A stretch of DNA of 64,000 bases from Tannerellaceae bacterium. Lineage in GTDB: Bacteria; Bacteroidota; Bacteroidia; Bacteroidales; CAMTPD01. Under the pieces are notes generated by a model that did not search any database, had not been told where the DNA came from, and was given only the letters and a program-made list of their open reading frames with translations. The stretch covers positions 1,151 to 65,150 of the forward strand of contig JBOFPV010000038.1 in the NCBI GenBank assembly GCA_051660585.1. The letters run 5' to 3'. How positions within the stretch are numbered: position 1 is the stretch's first letter; every line of letters starts with the position of its first letter. Of the stretch, positions 45,449 through 56,512 are shown piece by piece. The translations under genes and the position numbers were made by a program.

Positions 45449-46309
45449 TTACAAATTAAGGGGTGCGACATGTTTCTCCGCATGATATGACGAACGAACA
45501 AGAGGACCACTTTCCACTATTTTAAAACCTTTTTCTTGTGCAATTTGTTGTAACGAACTAAACTTTTCTAACGTAATATATTCGTAAACCTCAATATTTT
45601 TTCTCGAAGGTTGTAAATATTGACCTATCGTTAGTACAGAACATCCAACAGACAATAGATCATCCATTACTTCTTCTATTTCCTCTTGTGTTTCACCAAG
45701 GCCTAACATAATGCCAGATTTAGCAACGATTCCACTATCGGCTATTTGCTTTATTACCGCCAAACTAATCTCGTAACGGGCAGCACTGCGAATGAGTGGA
45801 GAAAGTCTTTTTACAGTTTCCATGTTATGTGATATCACATCGGGCCTGGCATCGATAACTTGTTGAATTAAGTCTGCTTTTCCTTGAAAGTCTGGTATTA
45901 GAACTTCGATAGTTGTTTCCGGATTCGCTTTTCTGATTTCACATATGGTATCAACCCAATGTCTTGCACCCAAGTCGGGCAAGTCATCACGATCTACCGA
46001 TGTAATTACAGCATGTTTAAGTTGCATTGTTTTTACGGTTTCGGCCAAAGTAAGCGGTTCGTTAGGATTAAGAGGCAGAGGTTTTCCGGTTTTCGTATTA
46101 CAGAATTTACAAGATCTTGTACAAATATCGCCGGCAATCATAAAGGTTGCTGTTCCCCGGCTCCAGCATTCGCCCATATTGGGACACTTACCGCTTTTGC
46201 AGATCGTATGTAAACACTGCGACTCCATTAAGAGTGAAGTCGCAGTGAACTGTTCATTATTTCCTAGCTTTATTTTAAGCCAGTCGGGTTTTTTCAATCG
46301 TTTGCTCAT
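45449..46309 (-). CDS. lipA: Lipoyl synthase
   Basis: KPDWLK, CX4CX5C (CKSGKCPNMGEC), CX3CX2C (CTRSCKFC), GQYLQPS and RSSYHA. Confidence 0.96.
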   Translation of the reverse strand: MSKRLKKPDWLKIKLGNNEQFTATSLLMESQCLHTICKSGKCPNMGECWSRGTATFMIAGDICTRSCKFCNTKTGKPLPLNPNEPLTLAETVKTMQLKHAVITSVDRDDLPDLGARHWVDTICEIRKANPETTIEVLIPDFQGKADLIQQVIDARPDVISHNMETVKRLSPLIRSAARYEISLAVIKQIADSGIVAKSGIMLGLGETQEEIEEVMDDLLSVGCSVLTIGQYLQPSRKNIEVYEYITLEKFSSLQQIAQEKGFKIVESGPLVRSSYHAEKHVAPLNL

Positions 46310-48474
46310 TACAATTTATCTTGCAAGAAGTTATATAATCTAGTATACAGATGAAAGCGTGTGTTACCTCCATAAATACTATGATTCTTATCTGTGTAGA
46401 TTTGCATATCAAATTGCTTATTTGCCTGAACAAGTGCCTCTGCATACTCAAGTGTATTTAAGTAGTGTACATTGTCGTCGGCCGTACCGTGTACCAATAA
46501 TAAGTTCCCTTGCAATTCAGAAGCTCTCTTCAACGGCGAAGTGATATTATAGCCATCTTCGTTTTGTTTCGGAGTACGCATGAAACGCTCTGTGTATACA
46601 CTGTCGTAAAATCTCCAATCGGTTACCGGAGCTACAGCCATACCAGTCTTGAAGGTACCTTCTCCGATAGTTAAGCTCATCAATGTATTGTATCCGCCAA
46701 AGCTCCATCCCCAGATTGCCATACGATTTTCATCGATAAAAGACATTTTGCCTAAGGCTTGTGCCGCCTCAACTTGGTCGGTAGCTTCAAGTAGTCCTAG
46801 TTTCATATACGTACATTTACGGAAGCTTTCGCCACGAGCACCTGTACCACGACCATCTACACACACAACTACATATCCGTTCGACCCGAGGTAGTAATCC
46901 CAATCAAAGCCATAACGGTCTAGCACTTGCTGAGAGTTTGGCCCACTATATTGTGTCATCAAAACCGGATATTTCGTATTCGGATCAAAATTTAGCGGCT
47001 TAATCATCCACGCGTTTAGTTCTTGTCCCGAAGCTGTAGAGATCTTGATAAACTCTTTCGTTGGATATCTGTATTGAGCGAGCTTAGCTTTCAACTCTTC
47101 ATTATCTTGCAGTACACGTACAGGTTTTGCTTTTGCATCGTAAAGTGTTACTTCCAGTGGTGTATTTACATTTGAGAATTTATTTACATAATATATGAAG
47201 TTTGCACTAAACTCAGCACTATTCATACCTTCTTTAGGAGATAGCGTTGTTGTTACCCCTTTTGCATCTGTTTTCATTACCGAACGGCGGAAGGCATGCT
47301 TGTCTGCAGCTTCGTAGTATACGGTTTTCAATTTAGGATCATAGCCTATCAATCGGGTTACATCCCATTTTCCTTTCGTTGCTTGACGCAAGAGTACACC
47401 CGTTGGAGAATAAAGATACACGTGTGACCAACCGTCTTTTTCGCTTACATAAGTAAAGCAGTCGTCGTAAAACTCGATTGTGTATAGATTCTCTGAGTCA
47501 ATATATGTTTCGCTTGTTTCTTGAAGAATCATTTTTGAAACAGCAGACTTTGGATTCACATAATACATCTGGAATTTGTTTTGATCGCGATTAAGTGTCA
47601 TCACGGCCAATTGCTCCGGATTTTTTGTAAACTTGATCTGCGGGATGTATCCGTCTGCATCCAATGGAACGTTCAGTGCTTTTGTATCCTTCGACTCTAA
47701 GTTGTAAGCGTGAACCGATACGATTGAGTTGGTTTGTCCGGCATACGGATATTTGAAACAAGCTAATGTTGGGTCTACTCGCTGTTCAAACATTTGCATG
47801 CAGAAGGTAGGAACTTGTGATTCGTCTGTCTTAACGTAAGCTAGTATCTTGCTATCTTCAGACCATGACATCAATTGTGTAGTTCCGAACTCTTCTTCAT
47901 ATACCCAGTCGGTTGTACCATTGAGCAATTGGTTTACTGCTCCGTCTTTGGTGATTTGAACCTCCGTATTATAATCAAACTTCTTAATCCAAATATTATT
48001 ATCTACAACAAACGCACACATTCTTCCATCAGGAGAAAATAGAGGGGCCATTTGTTTAGTTTCATTCTCGGTCAATTTGCTTACCATATTGCGACGTACA
48101 TCGTAATCGTAGTATTGTGCTAATGTAGAACGGCGGTAAATGGATTCTGTATCTTTCCATAATAAAATGCGATGTCCGGTTGAGTTGATTTCGTAACCAT
48201 CGAATTTATCAAATGCACATTCACGTGCTTTTTTTACATTGAACAATGTATCTACCGGTTCTCCAGTTTTATAAGCGTACTTGATAATCATAGTACGAGC
48301 CGGGTTCATTGCTGTATAGTGTATACCATCGGGAAGCGAACGCATCTCTCCAACCGACTTTTGTGAAAACTCACCGTTCACAATCTGCTTCAACTGCAAC
48401 GGCTTTGTTCCGTTTTGCGAAGTAATGTTTTGCAAGGATAACAATGCAATAAACGACAAAAAGATCTTCTTCAT
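46309..48474 (-). CDS. Dipeptidyl peptidase IV (S9B)
   Basis: DWVYEEE, GWSFGG, YTERFM, HGTADDNVH and NHSI; stop overlaps the lipA start (TAATG). Confidence 0.92.
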   Translation of the reverse strand: MKKIFLSFIALLSLQNITSQNGTKPLQLKQIVNGEFSQKSVGEMRSLPDGIHYTAMNPARTMIIKYAYKTGEPVDTLFNVKKARECAFDKFDGYEINSTGHRILLWKDTESIYRRSTLAQYYDYDVRRNMVSKLTENETKQMAPLFSPDGRMCAFVVDNNIWIKKFDYNTEVQITKDGAVNQLLNGTTDWVYEEEFGTTQLMSWSEDSKILAYVKTDESQVPTFCMQMFEQRVDPTLACFKYPYAGQTNSIVSVHAYNLESKDTKALNVPLDADGYIPQIKFTKNPEQLAVMTLNRDQNKFQMYYVNPKSAVSKMILQETSETYIDSENLYTIEFYDDCFTYVSEKDGWSHVYLYSPTGVLLRQATKGKWDVTRLIGYDPKLKTVYYEAADKHAFRRSVMKTDAKGVTTTLSPKEGMNSAEFSANFIYYVNKFSNVNTPLEVTLYDAKAKPVRVLQDNEELKAKLAQYRYPTKEFIKISTASGQELNAWMIKPLNFDPNTKYPVLMTQYSGPNSQQVLDRYGFDWDYYLGSNGYVVVCVDGRGTGARGESFRKCTYMKLGLLEATDQVEAAQALGKMSFIDENRMAIWGWSFGGYNTLMSLTIGEGTFKTGMAVAPVTDWRFYDSVYTERFMRTPKQNEDGYNITSPLKRASELQGNLLLVHGTADDNVHYLNTLEYAEALVQANKQFDMQIYTDKNHSIYGGNTRFHLYTRLYNFLQDKL

Positions 48475-48550
48475 GATCAAACATTTTTAGATTGAATGCA
48501 AATTTAGTATAATTAGATCACGAAGAAATATGTTTTATTAATTTTGCAAC

Positions 48551-49483
48551 GTGAAAAAAGAAAAGAGATACAACGACTTTGGCGATTTCTTGAAAAATCA
48601 TTTCCCATTCAAGGTGCAAAAGATTTCTATTAACGCCGGTTTTACTTGCCCCAACCGCGATGGAAGCAAAGGGTTGGGAGGTTGCACATTCTGTAATAAT
48701 CAAACATTTAGCCCTGATTATTGCCACACTGAGAAAAGTGTAACACAACAATTAAATGAAGGAATTGCATTCTTCGCTCGGAAATATCCCGAGATGAAAT
48801 ATCTGGCCTATTTTCAGGCCTACACAAACACATATGGTGACTTCGAAGCATTGAAAAAGAAATATGAGGAGGCTTTGGCTCATCCCGATGTGGTAGGTTT
48901 GATTATTGGTACTCGTCCCGACTGTATGCCGAATGTCTTGCTAGACTATTTGCAAGATTTATCTCAACGTACATTCGTTATGGTAGAATATGGAGTGGAA
49001 AGTACGCTCGACTCTACATTGGAGCGCATCAACCGCGGTCATTCGTATGCCGAATCTGAAGAAACTATTAAGCGAACTGCTGCCCGTGGTATTTTGACCG
49101 GAGCGCATTTGATCCTCGGACTTCCTGGTGAAACAACAGAAGAGATTCTAGATCATGCACGTCGCATTTCAAAACTACCACTTACCACAGTAAAGCTTCA
49201 CCAACTTCAGTTGATTCGCTTTACACGGATGGCAAAAGAATTTGAAGAGAATCCGAAGGACTTCCGACTCTTTACAGTTGACGAATACATTGATCTGGCT
49301 ATTGACTTTATCGAACTGCTCAATCCGAACTTCACAGTAGAGCGCTTTGTTTCGCAATCACCTAAAAGTCTTCTTATCGCACCCGACTGGGGATTGAAGA
49401 ATTTTGAGTTTACAGCGAAACTAAATAAACGTATTGAAGAACGAGATACGTGGCAAGGTAAGTTGTTTAATGAAGAATCATAA
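48551..49483 (+). CDS. TIGR01212 (YhcC/YtqA) radical SAM protein
   Basis: GFTCPNRDG..G.GGCTFCN, YFQAYTNTY, GTRPDC and VKLHQL. Confidence 0.9.
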   Translation: MKKEKRYNDFGDFLKNHFPFKVQKISINAGFTCPNRDGSKGLGGCTFCNNQTFSPDYCHTEKSVTQQLNEGIAFFARKYPEMKYLAYFQAYTNTYGDFEALKKKYEEALAHPDVVGLIIGTRPDCMPNVLLDYLQDLSQRTFVMVEYGVESTLDSTLERINRGHSYAESEETIKRTAARGILTGAHLILGLPGETTEEILDHARRISKLPLTTVKLHQLQLIRFTRMAKEFEENPKDFRLFTVDEYIDLAIDFIELLNPNFTVERFVSQSPKSLLIAPDWGLKNFEFTAKLNKRIEERDTWQGKLFNEES

Positions 49484-49484
49484 C

Positions 49485-49535
49485 CTATACAATAAAAGCG
49501 GGCTGGTAGATTACCAGCCCGCTTTTATTGTATAG
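49485..49535. terminator. Bidirectional terminator (perfect 24-bp stem)
   Basis: CTATACAATAAAAGCGGGCTGGTA-GAT-TACCAGCCCGCTTTTATTGTATAG. Confidence 0.85.
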
Positions 49536-49550
49536 AGTTATAAAGTTGTC

Positions 49551-50060
49551 TTAGTCATTGACATCATTCTCTAGTTTTAGATTTCCATAATACGTAATTG
49601 CGCGCTTCGTTGAAGGTGTCACTGAAATGGTACTATTTCCATTATCGAAAACTTCAACTCTGAAATTATAAGAATTACGTCCATCGTTAACCTTATACGT
49701 TATCACGTATTTGTCTTTCTTATCTTTCTTTACTTTATAATCGATCATCGGTTGATCATCAAACTTAATACCTCCTTCTTCTCCAATCGGTGCACTATAT
49801 GCTACACCAAAATAGGGTAAGTAAGAAGATGCATTTCCATTTTCAACTTCGATTTCGTACGGAGAAGTTAGCTCCTTTGATTGTCCGCCTGATGGAACTG
49901 CTCGATTCACTTGAATCTCAAAGTCTCCCGATTCTATCAGGGTTTGAACTTTAGTGGCTACTTCTTTTTTCTTCTCTTCTTTACTTTGAGCAAACATTGT
50001 GGTTGCTGTACAAGTAAATAATACAAGCATTGTAGTAAGAACAAATTTCATTTTCTTCAT
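49551..50060 (-). CDS. DUF4251 family secreted protein
   Basis: Signal peptide; LPYFGVAYSAP.G..GGIKF; ITYYG. Confidence 0.78.
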   Translation of the reverse strand: MKKMKFVLTTMLVLFTCTATTMFAQSKEEKKKEVATKVQTLIESGDFEIQVNRAVPSGGQSKELTSPYEIEVENGNASSYLPYFGVAYSAPIGEEGGIKFDDQPMIDYKVKKDKKDKYVITYKVNDGRNSYNFRVEVFDNGNSTISVTPSTKRAITYYGNLKLENDVND

Positions 50061-50169
50061 AGCGTTTAATTTTTAGAAGTATCTCTCATCAAATATAAAA
50101 ACGAAATACCTTAAATTGTTTTGAATCAACACTATATAACATTCATTGTTACTCGTTATATATAGAAGT

Positions 50170-51456
50170 TTATTTTACATCGCCTAGCCGCTTGCCTTCA
50201 TAATGCTTGGGAGTTACGTACTTTGCACTTCCTATAAGTTGTGAGGTGTAAATACCCGAATGCCCTGAAAAGAGATAAGCAACTACACATGCAATGGCCA
50301 AATAAATACCACACTCAATACCGAAAAGCTCGATCCCCATAACCAAACAAGCAATAGGCGTATTGGCTGCTCCGGCAAAAACGGCAACGAAGCCCATACC
50401 TGCCAATAAGGCCATTGGTAAAGGTATAATTAAAGACAATGTATTACCTAAAGTTGCTCCAATGAAGAAAAGAGGCGTTACTTCACCTCCTTTAAAACCC
50501 ATCCCTAACGTAAAAGTTGTAAAAAGAAGTTTTGCCATAAATGCATATTCGGGCTGCGGTATCGAAAAAGAGTCTACAATAGTAGGTACTCCTAGTCCGA
50601 TATATTTTGTTGTTCCGATAAGATACACAACCAAAGCCAATACGGCTCCACCTACTACCGGGCGTAAAGGAGGATACTTTATCATAAGGACACTCAGTTT
50701 TCCTATTTGATGTGACATTTTAGAAAATAACATCGCCGTGAGTCCAAATGTAATCCCTGCTAGAATAGCCCATCCAATATATTCAAAAGTTAACGATGGC
50801 ACAAAAGGTATTTCATAATGGGTATGATCAACACCCCACCAGTTGCAACTTATATTTGCGATTAATGCAGTTAAAAAACTGGCAACAATGGCTTCATAAC
50901 GCATTCGACCTACCACCAATACTTCGAGAGCAAAAATAGCTCCGGCCAGTGGTGTTCCAAATACGGATGCAAATCCTCCACTGATTCCACATACGATAAG
51001 TATACGCCGATCATGAATATTGAGTTTAAATATTCTGGTTAACTGATCCGCAATTGCTCCGCCTATTTGCACACCTGTGCCTTCTCTTCCGGCAGATCCT
51101 CCAAAGAAGTGAGTTGCAATCGTTCCGAAGAAAACCAATGGAGCCATTCTAAAAGGAATGATTCGCTTCGGATCTTGAAACTCATCAAGCAATTGATTAT
51201 TCCCTTTTACAACACTCTGTCCATAATAATAGTACAATGCACCAATTATAAAACCGCCTATAGGTAAAAATGCAATAATCCACTCATGTGCATTGCGCCA
51301 GTTAGTAGTCCATTGCAACGTGTTTAAAAAAAAGGCCGATGCGCTACCCGATAATATCCCAACAAGCAGAGCAAAGAATAACCACTTCAATAAATAGGCA
51401 ATCAACAGAACTTGCTCGTAAGCAAATAAGCTTTGTTTGATATTACGATTCTTCAT
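50170..51456 (-). CDS. CLC-family transporter, CLC-F (fluoride/H+ antiporter) subclass
   Basis: GNN (in place of GSGIP), GREGT, YIGLG and GGEVTPLF motifs. Confidence 0.85.
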   Translation of the reverse strand: MKNRNIKQSLFAYEQVLLIAYLLKWLFFALLVGILSGSASAFFLNTLQWTTNWRNAHEWIIAFLPIGGFIIGALYYYYGQSVVKGNNQLLDEFQDPKRIIPFRMAPLVFFGTIATHFFGGSAGREGTGVQIGGAIADQLTRIFKLNIHDRRILIVCGISGGFASVFGTPLAGAIFALEVLVVGRMRYEAIVASFLTALIANISCNWWGVDHTHYEIPFVPSLTFEYIGWAILAGITFGLTAMLFSKMSHQIGKLSVLMIKYPPLRPVVGGAVLALVVYLIGTTKYIGLGVPTIVDSFSIPQPEYAFMAKLLFTTFTLGMGFKGGEVTPLFFIGATLGNTLSLIIPLPMALLAGMGFVAVFAGAANTPIACLVMGIELFGIECGIYLAIACVVAYLFSGHSGIYTSQLIGSAKYVTPKHYEGKRLGDVK

Positions 51457-51473
51457 AGAATAAATCAAAACAT

Positions 51474-51512
51474 AAAAAAGCTGCCCAAATACAGATTATA
51501 TATGGGCAGCTT
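51474..51512 (-). terminator. Intrinsic terminator immediately upstream of the CLC-F gene
   Basis: Minus strand AAGCTGCCCA...TGGGCAGCTTTTTT. Confidence 0.75.
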
Positions 51513-51553
51513 ATATTTATTTCTTTTCAACAAACTGTTGATATCGTTGTCTC

Positions 51554-52018
51554 TTATTTCAATTCGGATAAAAGTTTGTCGATAAACTCGTCAAGCTCTT
51601 TATCAAATTTTTCAAGTAAAGCATCATCTAAACGAATAGTATCGTCGTCCATAAACAGAAGCTCCTCTTGAATAATAAAATCTTCGTCTGTCAGACTTAT
51701 GGAAAATGGCTTCAAGATGGCATCTTTATCAAACACACCTTGTTCTGCCATTTGGCTAAGCACGGACTTTAACGGTGTTGCAATATTAGCAATAAAGTCG
51801 CTTTCTTCGTCAAATGAAATACCTGCCTGAGAAAGACCTAAGCGCTCAAGTAGAGTTTCGCTATCGTCGAAAATGAGCATCTCGCCGTTTTCTGTATCTA
51901 TTTGAACAAACAAATCACTAATCAAAGTTGACCCGGCATGACCCGACTCAATCTTTTTTACCGCACATTTAAATGCATGCTCCATTACATTGTGCACTTT
52001 TGTATAATCCGCACTCAT
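51554..52018 (-). CDS. Conserved acidic hypothetical protein
   Basis: 154-aa ORF with a Bacteroidales-like pattern (ISDLFVQ..GEMLIFDD, ILKPFS, LDEFIDKLL); function not recognised. Confidence 0.7.
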   Translation of the reverse strand: MSADYTKVHNVMEHAFKCAVKKIESGHAGSTLISDLFVQIDTENGEMLIFDDSETLLERLGLSQAGISFDEESDFIANIATPLKSVLSQMAEQGVFDKDAILKPFSISLTDEDFIIQEELLFMDDDTIRLDDALLEKFDKELDEFIDKLLSELK

Positions 52019-52113
52019 AATTCCAATCGTTTATTATCTCTACTAGTAAACAAACGTACGCAATCTTTTTCAATTAAATCTGTATTTATCAAACAAAAAT
52101 TCAGCTTTATTTA

Positions 52114-53175
52114 CTAATACCTCAATTGAGAATTTAATTCTTTAGACTGTTCTATTCGCGTTTCCAATGCTTTTCTATAGAGGTTGAGCTCTTTTTGTAA
52201 AGAAGCTTCTTTATTTTCACCTTTTGACCTTAATATTTGTTGAGCCTTATTTAACCAGTCGACAGCTTGTTGATAATCATCATTCAACTCACAAGCGACT
52301 GCTATATTATTTGCAGCTTTAGCTTTACTCTTTGCTGAAGACGATTTTTCATAAATTTTCTCCCATACAGATACAGCATCATCCCATTTATCTTTACGCA
52401 AACTAGCATCAGCAGCCATCCAATCTGATTGATAAGAAGAATATACTTTTCTATTATCTGCAATCCAAACAGGTACAATCTTATCTGCCATTCGGTTTCC
52501 CATCATGCTTCCGGTTGCACAAACTACTGTTGCCGCATATTCGCTATTGATAATTTCCTTGATGCCGTCTCTTCGTGTACTCACATCATCATTACGCCAT
52601 GTCAAACTATCCACATAACGCATTGATGTCATATGCGTTTTTTCTCGAAATGGAATGTATACATTGAACAAACAAAAACCTCTTACCTTTATGCTTCCAT
52701 TCTTTAGTCCAACCTTATTATCAATCAATGATATTTGAGAGTTGTAGATTTGATGATCGAGCGAAATAATAGCATCAGCTCCTGCTTGCAATGCTAACTC
52801 ATTGACTACATCGTTATCTAGCCTACCCGGCAGTTCGAATTTATCATCTCCCCGCAACGACTCGTTGAGCACTGTGACCTTCGTAAAAAAGTTATTGTTG
52901 TTTAACTCATAGCTTAATGAGTTGACAGTATAAAATGCAGCACTATCCACCGGTACATTAATCGGTTCGATCGGATGCCCATTGAAAGTATGTTTTACTC
53001 CGAAAGTAGGTTCTTGAGGCACTGTATTATTAATCACTAATATTCGCGTTACATTTTGGGGAAAAGTTATCTCTGCTGGACGTTGATATTCTATTGCTAA
53101 ATTGCGCGTAGAAGCACAGCTTACCATTAGTATGCACCCCATACTTAATATCATTATTTTCTGCAATGTATTCAT
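52114..53175 (-). CDS. DUF6340-like lipoprotein with a TPR-like C-terminus
   Basis: ATG 53175, lipobox MVSC, RPAEITFP, P.W....R..Y and KAANNIAV..E. Confidence 0.7.
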   Translation of the reverse strand: MNTLQKIMILSMGCILMVSCASTRNLAIEYQRPAEITFPQNVTRILVINNTVPQEPTFGVKHTFNGHPIEPINVPVDSAAFYTVNSLSYELNNNNFFTKVTVLNESLRGDDKFELPGRLDNDVVNELALQAGADAIISLDHQIYNSQISLIDNKVGLKNGSIKVRGFCLFNVYIPFREKTHMTSMRYVDSLTWRNDDVSTRRDGIKEIINSEYAATVVCATGSMMGNRMADKIVPVWIADNRKVYSSYQSDWMAADASLRKDKWDDAVSVWEKIYEKSSSAKSKAKAANNIAVACELNDDYQQAVDWLNKAQQILRSKGENKEASLQKELNLYRKALETRIEQSKELNSQLRY

Positions 53176-53323
53176 GGTTTCCTTTTTTAAGATAGAATCA
53201 AATATAGTTGACAATGACCAACTAACGGTTATTTATTTATTGAACAATTCAAATATATAAAAAGTAAAACGTTAGCACTCTATTTTTAATTTATTTCAAC
53301 AAGAGATTACGTCTTCAGATAAT

Positions 53324-53360
53324 AAAAAAGGCTTCGAGTATATTTTACCCGAAGCCTTTT
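53324..53360 (-). terminator. valS terminator
   Basis: Minus strand AAAAGGCTTCGGGTA-AAATA-TACTCGAAGCCTTTTTT. Confidence 0.8.
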
Positions 53361-53385
53361 ATCGTATATCTTAATCTAAAATAGA

Positions 53386-56016
53386 TTATGCATTCTTTCT
53401 CAACGCTGCGATACTTTCTTGCAATGATTTGATTTTGCTTTCTGCATCAGCTTGTTTCTTGCGTTCAATCTCGATTACTTTTGCAGGAGCTTTACCTACA
53501 AACGATTCGTTGCTTAGTTTTTTCATTACTGAGTTTAAGAATCCTTCGTTGTATTTCAACTCTTCTTCAAGTTTCGCAATTTCTGCATCCACATCGATCA
53601 TGTTACCAAGTGGCACGGCAAACTCTGTTGTTCTTACAAGGAACGAAACAGCTCCGTCCGACTTTTCTTCTACCTTATTAATAGCAGACAAGTTACACAT
53701 CTTAGTGATTACAGCATCGTAAGCGTTGTCATATTCGCCTACTACCTCAAGCACTAATTCTTCTTTGATTGCGATTTGCTTTTGCAAACGGATAGAACGA
53801 ATACCTGCAATAATTTCTTTTACAACCTCAAATTGATCCAATAATGCTTCGTCAACAGGTTTTGCATCCGGCATCATTGACACCATGATTGATTCTCCTT
53901 CTTTGCGGTCACAAATCAACTGCCACAATTCTTCCGTAATAAATGGCATAAACGGATGAAGCAATCTCAGCAATGAATCAAAGAAACCTAGAGTTGCATC
54001 ATAAGTTGCTTTATCAATCGGTTGTTGATACCCTGGTTTCACCATTTCAAGATACCAAGATGAGAACTCATCCCAGAACAACTTGTAAACAGCAAGAAGA
54101 GCTTCAGAGATACGGTATTTATCGAACGAGTCGTTTACTTCGTTGATTGTTTTGCTCAACAACGATTCAAACCATTTGATAGCTGTCGCTGCTGCTTCGG
54201 GCTGAGCGATTGTTTCGTCAACATTCCATCCTTTAACCAAACGGAAAGCATTCCAGATCTTGTTATTGAAGTTACGACCTTGCTCACAAAGTGAATCATC
54301 ATACAAAACATCGTTACCGGCAGGTGCTGCCATCATCAAGCCCATACGAACACCATCAGCTCCGTAGTTTCTGATCAATTCAAGAGGTTCAGGAGAGTTT
54401 CCCAACGATTTCGACATCTTACGTCCTTGCTTATCGCGTACGATACCAGTAAGATATACGTTTTTGAATGGCATTTCACCACGGTATTCGTAACCTGCAA
54501 TAATCATACGTGCCACCCAGAAGAACAAAATATCCGGACCTGTTACAAGGTCATTCGTTGGATAATAGTAGTTCAACTCTTCGTTGTTCTTATCCATTAC
54601 ATCTCCGAATACAGAGATAGGCCACAACCAAGAAGAGAACCAAGTATCAAGACAGTCTTCATCTTGACGAAGATCTGCCAATACCATATCGTTATTGCCT
54701 GTTTTATCTTTTGCCAATTCCAACGCTTGCTCCGGAGTTGTTGCTACCACATAGCCACCTTGAGGAAGGAAGTAAGCAGGAATACGGTGTCCCCACCACA
54801 ACTGACGTGAAATACACCAGTCTTTTACATTCTCCATCCAGTGACGGTATGTGTTTTTAAATTTAGCAGGGTGCAATTTAATTACATCCTCCATTACTGC
54901 TTCAAGAGCTGGTTTGGCAAGACCTTCCATTTTAAGGAACCACTGCATCGAAAGTTTAGGCTCAATTACCGCATCAGTACGTTCAGAGAAACCTACTTTA
55001 TTGGTATATGGTTCTACTTTCTCAAGCAAGTCTGCTGCCTCAAGATCTTTTTCGATTTGGTCACGTACCGCAAAGCGATCCATTCCCGCATACATCTGAC
55101 CATGCTCGTTCAATGTTCCATTGTCGTTGAAGATATCAATTGTTTCAAGGTTGAACTTCTCACCCAACATGTAGTCATTTACATCGTGAGCCGGAGTTAC
55201 CTTCAAGCAACCGGTACCAAATTCCATATCAACATACTCATCCATAATAATAGGAACCGGACGATTGATAATCGGAACAATCACACGCTTACCTTTCAAG
55301 AAAGCAAAACGTTCGTCATTTGGATTAACGCATACAGCCGTATCTCCTAAGATTGTTTCAGGGCGGGTTGTTGCAACAACAATATATTTATCCTCTTCTC
55401 CTTCGATTTTATAACGAAGATAGAAAAGCTTACTATTTACTTCTTTGTAGATAACTTCCTCATCAGAAAGAGCTGTTTTCGCAACCGGATCCCAGTTTAC
55501 CATACGCACACCGCGGTAAATAAGACCTTTATTGAACAAATCAACGAAAACTTCCAATACGCTTTGAGAGCGCTCTTCATCCATCGTAAAACAAGTACGA
55601 TCCCAATCACAAGAAGCTCCTAGTTTCTTTAACTGTTCAAGAATGATACCGCCATGTTTGTGCGTCCAATCCCAAGCATGTCCAAGGAACTCTTCGCGTG
55701 AAAGATCCGTCTTTTTGATACCCTCTTGTGCAAGCTTGTTTACCACCTTTGCTTCTGTTGCAATCGAAGCATGGTCAGTACCCGGTACCCAACAAGCGTT
55801 CTTGCCCAACATACGCGCACGGCGAATCAAGATATCCTGAATTGTATTATTCAACATGTGCCCCATGTGAAGAACACCTGTTACATTCGGTGGAGGAATT
55901 ACAATCGTGTAAGGTTCTCTGCCATCTGGTTTCGACTTAAAAAAACCATTATCCAACCAATATTGATACCATTTGCCTTCAACATCAGCCGGATTGTACT
56001 TGCTAGCGATTTCCAT
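53386..56016 (-). CDS. valS: Valine--tRNA ligase
   Basis: [29 protein letters not shown] and the C-terminal coiled coil. Confidence 0.98.
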   Translation of the reverse strand: MEIASKYNPADVEGKWYQYWLDNGFFKSKPDGREPYTIVIPPPNVTGVLHMGHMLNNTIQDILIRRARMLGKNACWVPGTDHASIATEAKVVNKLAQEGIKKTDLSREEFLGHAWDWTHKHGGIILEQLKKLGASCDWDRTCFTMDEERSQSVLEVFVDLFNKGLIYRGVRMVNWDPVAKTALSDEEVIYKEVNSKLFYLRYKIEGEEDKYIVVATTRPETILGDTAVCVNPNDERFAFLKGKRVIVPIINRPVPIIMDEYVDMEFGTGCLKVTPAHDVNDYMLGEKFNLETIDIFNDNGTLNEHGQMYAGMDRFAVRDQIEKDLEAADLLEKVEPYTNKVGFSERTDAVIEPKLSMQWFLKMEGLAKPALEAVMEDVIKLHPAKFKNTYRHWMENVKDWCISRQLWWGHRIPAYFLPQGGYVVATTPEQALELAKDKTGNNDMVLADLRQDEDCLDTWFSSWLWPISVFGDVMDKNNEELNYYYPTNDLVTGPDILFFWVARMIIAGYEYRGEMPFKNVYLTGIVRDKQGRKMSKSLGNSPEPLELIRNYGADGVRMGLMMAAPAGNDVLYDDSLCEQGRNFNNKIWNAFRLVKGWNVDETIAQPEAAATAIKWFESLLSKTINEVNDSFDKYRISEALLAVYKLFWDEFSSWYLEMVKPGYQQPIDKATYDATLGFFDSLLRLLHPFMPFITEELWQLICDRKEGESIMVSMMPDAKPVDEALLDQFEVVKEIIAGIRSIRLQKQIAIKEELVLEVVGEYDNAYDAVITKMCNLSAINKVEEKSDGAVSFLVRTTEFAVPLGNMIDVDAEIAKLEEELKYNEGFLNSVMKKLSNESFVGKAPAKVIEIERKKQADAESKIKSLQESIAALRKNA

Positions 56017-56206
56017 TTTGAATTATATTATTATTTATCTGTCTGCAATTTACGTTACACCATATCTCCTTGAGAATAGGCGCCATGAAGTTCAATTTTG
56101 CAAAAATAGGAATTATTCTTGAGATGCATACTGCGTACTTTTCTAAATATATATTTATTCATGACAATTCACGCATGATTATCCATATTATACCGTAAAT
56201 GTATAT

Positions 56207-56220
56207 TGCATAATTATGCA
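56207..56220. promoter_or_regulatory. Perfect 14-bp palindrome resembling an ARG box
   Basis: TGCATAA|TTATGCA between the divergent valS (-7 at 56108-56101) and susC (-7 TATCTTTG at 56293-56300) promoters. Confidence 0.45.
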
Positions 56221-56512
56221 GCGATTATCTATTATAAACGAAACAAATATTACTATTTATAATTAAAGCATGGTTTTATACAAACAATTTGTTATCTTTG
56301 CAATGTTTTAAGAAACGCCAAATTAAGACAATAACAATTAGAAAAATAATAATTTAATAGTGTGGTCACCTATTCGTGACGATATTTCATTGCTGATAAT
56401 GGAATATCGCCTAATATTTATACAGAATAATATCATTTTGATAGATTTCCAGAAATAAATCAACCCTTGGCTCACTTTTAATTACGTCAGAACTATAAAT
56501 TAATAATAAAAC

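Noticed and set aside
45449-48474. DPP4-lipA translational coupling
   Set aside because: Real, but as far as I recall a common Bacteroidales gene order with no evident functional link.
56005-56095. Possible uORF or T-box-like control in the valS leader (MAPILKEIWCNV..., weak hairpin)
   Set aside because: Only one Val codon, no T-box motif and no terminator; support is too weak.
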